From Heptranchias perlo (lineage: Eukaryota): DNA of 64,000 bases. Positions 35,429 through 47,700 of the stretch are shown here, piece after piece; position 1 is the first letter of the stretch, and each line of letters opens with the position of its first letter. The translations under genes and the position numbers were made by a program. The stretch is from contig NC_090345.1 in the NCBI RefSeq assembly GCF_035084215.1, positions 20,460,001-20,524,000 on the forward strand, read 5' to 3'. Under the pieces are notes generated by a model. That model was not told the origin of the DNA, ran no database searches, and was given only the letters and a program-made list of their open reading frames with translations.

Positions 35429-35469
35429 AGTCACCAAAAGTGGTCTGATAAAAATAGCTGACCAAACAG

Positions 35470-35882
35470 AAACTTGCAGAATCCTCCAAAAATCAACTAA
35501 GTCTCATATAATTTTAAAAGTTTTTGGTCATATAAAAAAAATTGAATTTAAAAATTGAATTTTTAAAAAACTTTTCCCTTCTCTAATTCAATTATTTCTT
35601 TGGCTCTTTATTAAAAAATTAATATTTTGTTTACAATGGCTTTTAGAGTACTAACTTTAAATGAATGAAGTCTGCTTGCGGACATGACTTTTCTTGACAG
35701 AATTTGTGGGCGTGTCTTCCATTCTCTCAGACATTTCCGTGCGAATCAACTTACCCTGTTCAGAGGCTAGGTTGATAGCGCACAATTATTTAGAAGTTCA
35801 AAATCACACACGTCTATGCCACAGAACCCCCAGTAAGTACATTCGTAAATTTATTTCACAGGAGCTGCACAAATTCTGGGCC
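35470..35882. mobile_element. Second copy of the 1-767 repeat
   Basis: Shared blocks AACTTTAAATGAATGAAGTC, TTGATAGCGCACAATT, CAGTAAGTACATTCG. Confidence 0.65.
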
Positions 35883-35899
35883 ATTGATTTAGATAAAAC

Positions 35900-36990
35900 A
35901 ATCAGTTGAAAGAAAGCAATATGTAGTAGTAAATGAGAAAATATCAAGCTGGTAGTCAGTTTTTAGCTATGTATCACAAGGAGTGGTGTTGGAACCATTG
36001 CTGTTTGTCATCTGAATTAAAGAGACTGCAGTGAGTTCAACAGTGTCTAAATTTGTATATGATGCCAAAATGTCAGCAATGGTAAATGAGGGCCAGTGTA
36101 CACAAATGCAGAATGATTTGGATATACTGGGTTTGTGGGGAGAAAAGTGTCAGATGCAGTTTAAAGCAAGTAAATGTAAAGTTATGCAATTTAACAAAAT
36201 GGGTAATGGGACCAATGTAGTCAGTGGGTACTTACTGGATATCAGGATGTGGAGATGCCGGTGATGGACTGGGGTGGACAAATGTAAGGAGTCTTACAAC
36301 ACCAGGTTATAGTCCAACAGCTTTATTTGAAATCTCAAGCTTTCGGAGGCTTCCTCCTTAGTCAGGTGCAGAAGAGCAAATCTTAATTTGGTGGACAGGT
36401 CAGCCTAATGTTCCCATGCAGTAAAGAAAGAAGACACTGGCCTTTATAACAAACAGATAATTCAAAAAGGACAATTTAAAAATTGTATGGGGCCTTAGGA
36501 AGACCATGTTAACTCTGTTACATTTTAGTTCCTTTACTCCCTATGGAATATTACATCATTTGAGGGTTCAGCGGAGGATTACAAGAATGTCAAAACTTCA
36601 AGGATAACCAATTGTGTGTGGGAAGTCATTTGATAGAAGTTTAATATTACAAAAGGGCTGATTTGTTGAACCATACTTTTTTTTTTTTGCTGCCATGTAG
36701 CGAATTCCTGAACTAGGGCGTGCAGATTCAAGACAAAGAACTAAAATACTGTGCGTAGCAATTCAGATAGAATTTCTTTAGAAACAGAGCAGTCAACATG
36801 TGGAACAAACTACCTGAACAGATGGTTGACCGGCAACTTTAAGAGGTTTCAAAAAGGAGAAGAAAACAACTTTGTGGCATCTGAAAGGTCTCTTGGTTAT
36901 TAAATTATAAAACGTATCTTACAGGAAACAAAGGAGATAATTGAATGGGCACAGTAAATAGTTCAATGGCTTTCTGCCTGAAATACTATA
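35900..36990 (+). mobile_element. Old, decayed CR1 RT fragment
   Basis: [13 protein letters not shown]-like and KF.DDAK / MQFKASKCKVM remnants. Confidence 0.7.
36246..36368 (-). mobile_element. Solo arm of a diverged subfamily of the fold-back element
   Basis: Homologous to 159-282; lies inside a decayed CR1; hammerhead core mutated (CTGACTA). Confidence 0.7.
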
Positions 36991-38251
36991 GGTTACTATG
37001 ATTGATAAACACAGATATCATCAGGGTTAGTTTTACTGGCAAGATCTAATTATGACACACATTAGTCACATATTTTGTACTATATTTAACCTGCAAGTAG
37101 ATTGCAATCTTATTGCCTGATGACTCAGTGCATCTGAATAAAATGTAAACCATTTTGATCTGAGGCAAAATCTGCCTCTTCACCTGTGCTTGAGACCTAG
37201 CAATATATCAAAAACTAATTTTCTCATCTACAAAATGATTTTTGGCAAGAGCTTCCAGTGTATATCTTAAACCAAAGGCATTGCATATACAGTGCACATT
37301 TAAAGCATTTCAAAATGTAACAGGAACCGCTGTTTTAAAAGTAACAAAGATTAATTTGAATTTTTTAAAATTATTTTTTCTTTGAAGAATGAGTATTGGC
37401 ATCAGGTCTGAAACCTAAGCCTCACCAAGGGGAGAGATGTGTCAAGGGAAGCTGCTTTAGTGGTCCAGTTGTTCAAAGTGTGCATAATGGAGAAACATCA
37501 ACTTCATCATAGAGAAAGAAAACAGCCAAAAAGAGCCATGCATCATTTGATATAATGATATTCACCTTGTAATGTGTTATTGTCTTAAAAAGTTTGGTAA
37601 TAAAATGAAATTTGCCCAATGCTTTTATGAAGATTGCATTCTACAGCTCAGCTCTCACACCTGTGATCAGGAACTCCTGAAAAGCCAATGCTCCTAATTA
37701 GGTCACCGGCACTTGCTCTTCAAAAATATTCATAAAACAAAATTGGTAGCAATTATCCACTCCTGTTAAAAACTTGTAATGCCTTCGAAGAGGGAACCAC
37801 TATTTTTTTTTAAAAAAAGCAAACCCAGCTCCAGCTCCAGACATTGACCTGTAGCACTTCTTTGTGATGTACTAGGAAATGGACCCCCCCTATATGCTGT
37901 CAGCATTAAGCACTCCCAGTTCAGGTATTGCCCAAGTTAAGATGCTGAGAAGAATGTGCTTTGTTATCCCAGAGTACTTAAACTGTAATCTTAGAAGAGC
38001 ACCTCTACTGAACTGGTGTGGGAAGTGGAAACAGCAGCCAGCCTGTAGGATGTCCAATGCTAATAGTAACAAATGCAACCCAAAAAGATAGTCTTTTAAC
38101 CCTCAGTACCACCCAAGCTCGAAGTATATTTCTTCGAATCAGTTTCTCTAGTGTTAACTAAAACTAGGTTTAGTTTGAATTTTTCAGAAATGTAAGACAA
38201 TCCTCAGCATTGTAGTGGTTTGGAAGAAATTGGAGATAATTGTTCATACCT

Positions 38252-38257
38252 TTTATT
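38252..38257 (-). terminator. Candidate PRDX3 polyadenylation signal
   Basis: AATAAA on the minus strand about 440 nt after the stop codon. Confidence 0.45.
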
Positions 38258-38697
38258 TAGAAGCATATATGTGCAGACTTTAGAAGTATATATTTAAATG
38301 TAGTTGAAGACATTATCATTTAAACAATCAACTTTAAACTTAACTTCCTTTAAAAGAAATCACTGCAGTAGAAATGCAATTCATTCATTGGTACACGGTT
38401 AGCTCCATCTCAAATTTAGTTGATCACGCTATTTGGCTAGATCATATTCTCCTGGTTTACTTCAGGGTAAATTGCTTTTTAACCAACGAGTGAGTATTCA
38501 GTAGAATAGTATCCATCTTCACATGATAAACAAAATTCACTGGACAAACATTTCAAATTTAGCATCCTAGACCTACTGTGAACTTTAATCTGACATCCGA
38601 CACTATTCTCTGACAAAGAAAACAGCCACCTCTAAATACTTATTCTGAATAGTTGAAACTTTGAACTGTACAAAAGTAATAGGTAGCAAATTAGATT

Positions 38698-38751
38698 CTA
38701 CTTATTGACTTTTGCAAAGTACTCCTTGGAATCTTCTGGGGAAGGTTTGAT
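38698..38751 (-). CDS. PRDX3: PRDX3 exon 7 coding part ([17 protein letters not shown])
   Basis: Acceptor ttttacag, TAG at 38700-38698. Confidence 0.95.
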   Translation of the reverse strand: MKPSPEDSKEYFAKVNK

Positions 38752-41700
38752 CTGTAAAATAAATCATGAACAGAATTATTACATTTGTAGGTAAAACATG
38801 CTTCTGCAATAAAACTCTAGGAATATTACAGGTTGTAACCCAAGCATGGAGAAGTTAGAAGTGCAGAAAGTTCAAGTGCTTTAGAAATGCTTTGTGAATG
38901 ACGATTTATTTATAAAATGCAGAAGCTATTACTATTCTGCATCAGTCAATGAGTTAAAATTGCAATCTCATTTCTAGCCAAAATCAGAAGAGTGAAAAAA
39001 GGGAGCGGGGAAATTGAAGATATACATGTAAATTAGTCAAACAGCACAGTGGTGCAACATACAAGAGTGGGTCCCTTAGAGGCTGAGACAGGAGAAATTA
39101 TAATGGGGAATAAGGAAATGGCAGAGATGTTAAACAAATGTTTTGTATCTGTCTTCACAGTAGAAGACACAAAAACCATACCGGAAATAGTGGGGAACGA
39201 AGGGTCTAATGAGAGTGAGGAACTTAAAGTAGTTAATATTAGTGAAGAAAAAGTACTGGAGAAATTAATGGGACTGAAAGCCAACAAATCCCCTGGACCT
39301 GATGGCCTACATTCTAGCGTTCTAAAAAGAGGCGGCTGCAGAGATAGTGGATGCATTGGTTGTGATCTTCCAAAGTTCCCTTGATTCTAGAACGGTCTCC
39401 GTGGATTGGAAGGTAGCAAATGTAACACCACTAGTCAAGAAAAGAGGGAGAGAGAAAACATTGAACTACAGGCCAGTCAGCCTGACATCAGTAGTCAGGA
39501 AAATGCTAGAATCTATTATTAAGGACATAGTAACAGGGCACTTAGAAAATCATAATAAGATTAGGCAGAGTCAACATTGTTTTATGAAAGGGAAATAGTG
39601 TTTGACAAATCTACTGGAGTTTTCCTGAGGACGTAACTAGCAAGATAGATAAAGGGGAACCAGTGGATGTAGTATATTTACATTTTCAAAAGGCATTCGA
39701 TATGGTGCCACACAAGAGGTTGTTACACAAAATAAGGGCTTATGGGGTTTGGGGTAATATAGTAGCATGGATGGAGGATTGATTAACGGACTGAAAACAG
39801 AGAGTAGGAATAAATGGATCATTTTCAGGTTAGCAGGCTGTAACTAGTGGGGTGCCGCAAGGATCAGTGCTTGGACCTCAGCTATTTACAATCTTTATTA
39901 ATGACAGATGAAGGGACCGAGTGTAATGTATCAAAGTTTGGTGGGAAAGAAGGCTGTGAGGAGGACACAGAGTCTGCAAAGGGATATAGACAGGTTAAGT
40001 GGGTGGGGAAGAAGGTGGCAGGTGGAGTATAATGTAGGGAAATGTGAGGTTATTCACTTTAGTAGGAAGAATAGAAAAATGGAGAAAAACTATTAAATGT
40101 TGGTGTTCAGAGGGATTTGGGTGTCCTTGTACACAAAACAAAGTTAACATACAGGTACAGCAAGCAATTAGGAAGGCAAATAGTGGGAGATAAGGAGATC
40201 CCCTCTATTTTGAGTGGGAGGCAAGAGAGTGCATTTATTATGGGTTATGGTGAGAAATTTTGGGGGAGGGGGGGAAATGCATAGATAGAGATAGTAAGAT
40301 AGACCGTATTTACTGGGGAGTGGGGGACAACCCTATTGTAGAGGGAATGCATCTTCGGCTGTGCTAGGAGCTGGAAAGACAGTTGGATGTCAGAGGTTAG
40401 TGGGCCCACATTAAAAAAACACCACATCTTCCTACTCACTAATAACAGGAAACCCGCCAGGTGAATTTAAAAGGCTTGAAATATATGCAGACACTTGAAG
40501 TGACAACAGGAAAATATAGATTCTGTAATTGATGCAAAACTTTGTTTGAATTACTTTACAACCGAAATGATGTGGTCTAGTTTCTACAAGTTTTTTTTTA
40601 ATAAAATTCATTAAGTTGATAAATGGAGTAGTGCAATTTTACATACTGTTGGAGAGTCAGGGGTCCAATTGGCTGGGCAAACCTCTCCATGGGTTTCCAC
40701 AAACTGGAATGCCTTTACTAAGCGTAGCGTCTCTTCAACACTGCGACCTACAGGCAGATCATTGATGCCCATGTGCTTGACAATTCCGTTAACATCAATA
40801 ATGAAAAGACCTCTGGTAAAATTAGAACATTTTAAAGTGAGAAAATACAATTTTGAAAATTACACTACAAGCATTAATCCATAAATCATATTTCACGATC
40901 ATGTGAAGAGGTGAAATAGTTACATTCTTCAAATGCACTTAAACTGAAACAAAAAAACGTAACTGTTTAAAAATATGCCTGATAAGTTTCCAGTGGTGGG
41001 GGGAAAAGACATGAATGTTCAAAATTGAGGAGTTAGCAGGGCCCTAGGTGGTACCGTGTTGGCATGTGCTTGTTCCATCTCCAAATCTGGAGTTCAAACT
41101 GATGAAATGAAATCTTTTTCTACAACTGCTTTAAGTGTCCTCTGTGAAATAACTGGATGGTCTTATTCAAGAATAAAGCTGCCTGTAATTTAGTACAAAG
41201 GGAGAAAACGTTGGCAAGTTTAGGTCACAGAATGACTGATATAGGAAATAGAAAGTTGCAGCCACGCAGTTGAGGGTGTTCAAGTTTACTGGTTGAGGCA
41301 TACGATTGCTGCAAAGCAGAAGCAGCTTTGCTCTGCAACTGGCCAGGTTAAACGTTGACATACGGAAACATTCCACATTCCTCTTTTACATGAAGGATAA
41401 AGAGCTTCATAATCAAGTGGAAACAGTTGCTCCCTATCTACTCTATCGAAACCCTTCATAATCCAGAAGCTGCTCTAAGCCCGCAAAAGCTCAAGTCTAA
41501 ATGGCTTCAGATGCGGCACATCTGGGACTTGGCTTCATCCCTCCTTATTTCTGGGACTCAGGTGCATCTCTGCCTTTTCCCTCTCTGTGCTAAAACTTTG
41601 TATCGTGGCACCTGCACCTGAAGACCACTCTTGCTAGCAAAACTTGCCTCATCCTCTACAGCCTCTCTCATTTACCAATTGGTGAATTAACCCTCAGTTT

Positions 41701-44700
41701 CCCACCTCTGTTGTACTGTTGCAATAAGTGAGTCTGTTCAGCCAATCTCAGAGAAACGTTGCCCTCGAATGTTTGAATTAAAAATTAATTGGGTCAGTGG
41801 AAAGGGAAGGAAAAATCTTGTGCATGTGGCTCACAATAATTTGTACTTTCAGATGTAAGCCTTGTCTCAGTAATAGCACTCTCGCCTGTGAGTGCATAAA
41901 CCAGGCAGACACTTCAGAGCAGTAGAGAGTGCTGCACGGTCGATGAACATGAAAGGCACTATATAAATGCAAGGTCATTCTTTCTTTGTCACTGTTCCGC
42001 TGAAAATAGCCACCAGGCATTAATACAGTACTGGAATTATTTGCGCCAAAAAGCAGTTTTGAGGTAAAAAGGGTACCTGGATATTTCACCTTCCTCTAGG
42101 GAGTAAAACCATAATGTGCAAAAGTGAGAATTGCATCTTTCGATTCCAAGTAGGAACAAATCACAGAAAATTGTGAACAATTTTGGCAGTCCAGAAATAA
42201 GTGTCAGTTATAAATTTTATCAATTTTCCCCACAAATTTCTAATGCAATTTGGCACTAGTAAGAATGTATTTGTTCTGACAATTTATGGAGTGAAGTAGA
42301 GGTGGGGGAAAAGACTGCAAACCAGCCTGAGTCAGCTGCTTTTGTCTAAGACCTAGCAAATAATTACATCTTGGCTCTAGAAGCCTGTAGGCAAACAAAT
42401 TTACAAATTCAAAATGTGCCACACTCTAATTTAGCACATAGTACGTGGGAGAAATGAACAAAAAACACTTTGATTTACATAGTGCCTTTTATATCCTTAG
42501 GAAATCCCAATACCCTTTACAGCCAACAGATTACTTTTGAAGTGTGATCATTGTTATTATGCAGGCAAATGCACAAACAATTTGCTCACAGTAAGGTTCT
42601 ACAAATAGCAAATGAATCGGTGACTAGATAATCTGTTTCTGATGATGTTGGTTAAGAGAAGAAAGCCATAAAGATCTTACGTCTACTTCAACTGGCAGAC
42701 TTAACACCTCATCCAAAAGACAGTACCTGTGACAATGCAGCACTCCCTCAGTACTGCAATGAAGCAAGCAAAAGCAAAAATTTTCCAGATGCTTGGAACA
42801 GAGGGCACAGCCCAGATTCACAGAATGCAAACTGGGTGATTGGAATAACATTTTGAGGTTAGCAACCGCAAAGTACTACTTAAATTTATAGACAAGAATA
42901 ATACATTATAAATATGTTTTACAATTAGTATCCAAGTATATCAGATAGCTTGAGAATATAGATTTCAAGGATGTCGTTACTTTTTGATCCATATGCAGAG
43001 CAACTGATTTAAGGTGACTGAATAGACTAAATTTCATTTTTATCACATGATATTCTGTATTTTCATTCATTTATCATTAGGGCCACTGGGGTTTACGGTG
43101 AACGAAGAAGTCAAATTCCATTTTTATTTTATGGAACTTTATGATTTTTACTGGTGTTTTAGGGCATGCATTCCACCATAAAAACTGCAATCCAGTGTCT
43201 TTGTCCATACATTTTAGGATGTGTAAAGGTGCTCTCTATCCCAACCTGGATCTAATTAGTATAACATAATTCCACTACCACGGAGGATGACAAGACTGAT
43301 GCTGGAGCTTTATTTCAGTTCTGCCTAACCTGCTACACTACATAATCCACTCCTTATAACACCGAACCTCTTACCTCAGGGCAATACCAGGGTTTTCCAG
43401 TAGCACTCCGTAATCCCGAGAGATATCCTTTGTTAAATCAGACAACAGTGGTATATTCATGTGCCCTAGACCCCCACTCTGGAATAAAAGAATAAACAGA
43501 GGAAAATTACCCAAAGACAGAAATTAATTAAAAGATTTTACAGGTAAAAGAAAAAAAAAGACTCCCAGACATTGAATTTGATTTTTTTTAAAAACCTTAT
43601 TAAAAGTAGAAATAATCTTTTTGAGAACTTCTGATAATTTCTGTACCCACTTTCTACAATCAGAAAATAGATATGCAAAAATCTTCACTCCTAAAATAGT
43701 TACTAATGGACAAAGTCACATTCTATGGATCTTAACTTCTTATAGTCACCATCTAAAATATTCTGTTTTTGTAGTTATGGTTTGATAAAACACTCCTTTA
43801 TTTTCAACACTGGAAGATGAATTTCATATTCAAAAGGTTTAAAACAGGAATAATTGGTTAGCAGTTATCTTCTTCAAATACTAACTTTATAGAACTACTG
43901 CACCCAAGCCTAACTGAAATCCCAAAGTTTCTAAAAGGCAAACAAACCACAAATACAACAAGCTTTAAAAATCTTTATGCTTGCTTCCATACCTTTTTTG
44001 GAGTGTTGATCCAGGCAAGATGGGAGAAATGAGAGTCTACAGAAACACCAATTACTTCACAGTTTACATCATGGAACTCATTTGCTTTGTTACTAAATGC
44101 AATGATCTCAGTTGGACAAACAAAGGTACTGGAAAAAGGAATAATTTTTTTTAAATAAACTGATTCATATGACCATACAGCCTGTTTTTAAACTTATAAT
44201 AACCAGAACAGCAAAACGATAAAACCTGATTAAAAGAAAATCCATCAGTGGCTTGGGTTCGAGCAAATTCTTAAAATGGTTGAAACACAACTGCATTTGC
44301 TGCAATGTAGAAGATAAATCAACAGGATAGTATCCTATTTTTAAAAATGGTATATAAGAACAGGTACTGCCCACATCTTTGTGCACGTAGCAAAATCTAG
44401 TGTTGGGAGAAAAGGAAAGTGGGTCATTTGAGGGGAATAGGGGAGTGAGAATGACTGAATGAAAACATCCAGATATTTTAACAAGTCTCCAAATGATCTT
44501 TAGAAACTACACACATGGGCACCTTCCAGCATTTTCATGTTCAATTTTAGGGATTTAAATCACTCGTTTGCTTTTATGAACCTTAAAATATTATGCACAT
44601 TTAGTATAGCAATTCATTTGTACCCCTTAGAAACTAATTAACAGATCGGCACTCACATTTTTGAGTTGTCGCTTTACCACAGAACAAAGTAATGCTGTTC

Positions 44701-47700
44701 AAATCTTGAACCCAGTGGCTGTTTGAAAGGGAGTTATTTAGTAAACAGGGTTAAACAATCTAAAAGCTATTTTGAAAGCACACATGTATAGTTCTCAGCA
44801 ACTTCACCTTCAAAAGTATCCAAGTGTTTGATGTGAGAAAGCCTTTATGATGGTTCAAGTATGAATAATAATTCAGGAAAAAAAAAGCAAAGATCAGAAA
44901 GGGCTGTAGCGTTACCAACATCCCAGAATCTGCCTGATGTAGCTATCTGACTATTTTTAATATAGTAATTATGATACCTCTTCCCAAATATTGCAAAACA
45001 AGGTACTGAGTTGAAGCTAGGAGCAAATTCCTGAGTGTGTAATAAGCCAGTAACTCTCAGCATCTTAAATAGTATTTAACTTTGCAAGAATATAAAATCC
45101 TTTATTTTCAGTGGCTACACTGTATAAAGCACAGCAGTGGTACACATCAGAAACTACAACTGCAGTGCTTCAATCCCTATAAGAATATACAGATAACAGC
45201 AAGGAAATCTAAAATATTCTTTAAGTACATTTCCAGTGCCTACAAAAGCAGACATATGTTATTGTCCACAAGGTGAGATTCAGAATAAGATAAAGCAAAG
45301 TTGAAGATCAGAGCAGAAAGCAAGAGAAACAGAAGTAAAAAGCAGAGAAAGCAAATAACAGCAATAGCAAACAAAAAAAAAAATCTATTGCACAACTTTA
45401 TATCTATAAATAATTATGGAACAAAGGAAGCTTTCTATATATGTCAGGGTGCACACATATGCATATAGAAAAATACACATCATATTGATGCTCATATATA
45501 TTGCTCTGTATCAAGTATCAAAGAGACCCATTCCCCAATTTAAATCGCACACATCACACCCAGCTTAAATTGATTTTTTGCTTAACAAAGTCCAACCTAT
45601 ATACAAGTTAATACAGTGGATTAGGTTCCTGTAGATTAGGTTCCAAGATACCAGAGCACAACAGCAGCATTTGTTCCCTAAAAGATGTACTCCACCCATC
45701 ACTTGTTAACATTTTCAAAGCTGATAACAGGACTTCAGATGTGCAGGGCCTCCTCCTACTTATTAGTTTCCTCCAGCTTAACTCTGAGCAGCAGAGGATA
45801 ATTTCTACACTGAAATATATATATTTTTTAAACTTTGCTCAGAAAATATTTGCAACAAAATACTGTTGGTATACATTAAAATTCAGTATTAGAGTATGCT
45901 CTCGCAACAATTATCAAAAAGGAAATTTTGAAAGTTATGCAGGGCACTTGCAAACAAAAAAAAAATGGAGACAAGAACTTTTTCCTCTTGCATCCAAGCT
46001 TTAAGCAAAATGCACATGCCAAGATTACTTACAAATCTAGAGGGTAGAAGAAAAGGACCAGATATTTTCCCTTGTAGTCATCCAAGCTGATCTCTTTGAA
46101 CTCACCATTGACCACAGCAGTGCCCTTGAAAAATGGAGCAGGTTGGGTAACAGCAGGAGCAAAGTTTGCATAAGCTGAAAGAAAAAGTACAGGTGCCAAT
46201 TATTATCTATTAGAGGATTACATTCCTTGTACTAGTCCCACAACCACACACAAAGAACATTTTCATGGATATTAATTTGCCTTCAGTCTGCCTACACGAT
46301 GAGTATTTTTAACTGGATACATAGAAACTCCAAGTTGCATTCTCAGTAGCAATAGTAAAATAAGATTCTTAGAAAAAAGTACTAAGCACTCTAAACAGAG
46401 AGCCTTAACAGAATGTAATATTTTACAAACCGTACTAGAGATTTTAAAAAAAATTGAATGCTAGTAAAATCCAAAACATATGAGCACAAAATATGTTTTG
46501 CATCTTTAAAATATTTTGCTATGCCCACAAGCTAGATCCTGCTCATTCAGGAAATGGCCATTTTGCAATAAATTAGATTGGAATCCCATCAGTAGTACCA
46601 CTTAATTTGATCAATAAAAGTCACTAGTGACAAATCTGAAACAATATTTCAATAAAGTGAAAATTCCCTTTATGGCAGAATAGTAAAAGGCTTAAAATAA
46701 AACCTAAAAAGTGCATCATAGTAAATTGCTCACTGGTGATGCCGTTATACTGCAACTATCACCTTCATACTAGTATGATACTGAGAATAATGCAAACAAG
46801 CAGTCCTGTCCTGCACGTACAAATTGAAAAAAAACAGCTTAGCACATGTTCTTAAAGGCACGCTCAGAGCCCTGGTGGTGGCATCCAGTGCAGGTGAAAA
46901 TTTTAACATCAGTAAAAAAGCAGACTTTTAAAGTAAAGCAGGATCTTCTCACATTTAGATTTGGTAGGAGGGGTCTGCAGTCATAGTTGATAAATCATTG
47001 AAAATGCAATACGGCCACTGAGAAGGAAAATAGGGTTTGTATTGCTAGGACAGTACATTATAAATCTAAGGATACTATAGTTAGGCTATATACAGCTTCA
47101 CTTGGGAGTAGTGTGTTCAGTTTTGATTCCCACTGTCACGATTGAGATGCTGGAGGCAGTACAGAGGAGGGTAACCAAAATTATACCTAGACATCGGGCA
47201 CTTAGTTATCCAATAGGCTCAAGCAGCTGGGGCTATTTTTAATAGAGGAGAACAGGCTTAGAGGAGATATGATTGCGGTTTTAAAATGATGAAGGAAAGA
47301 GATTCTGACCAGTTGAACAAGTTATTTGAAAATGGATAGGGATGAGAAAAATTAAGGCATGTGCACAAAATATATAGGCAAAGAGTTAGATTAGATGTTA
47401 AGAGTACAACATCTCAAGTTATAAAAATAACTGAGGTAGCTGACAATAGAAAGGCTTGAGTTACCATGGTCTCCTGAGAGCTTGTTTGATTTTATTTCCC
47501 AGAATATTTCCTAAATTGGCCAGTTTTTTTCCTCCCGTTTTGTTTCTTCTAGAAGATTGCAGTAAGGGTGGTAGCGTCTTTGGTGTCTGTGGCTGCAACG
47601 TGCCTGCATGCGGCAAGCTCTTTGAAAATTCTTACCTGTATTATCTGAGCAATTTGTTATCCTAATGCAATTTTAGAAAATTGTTTAAGTCCAAAGACCA

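Noticed and set aside
46734-46974. Possible PRDX3 exon 2 (minus-strand GTGAG donor at 46733, CTGCAG acceptor at 46975)
   Set aside because: In-frame stop in the required phase; 48507-48633 fits phase and presequence character much better
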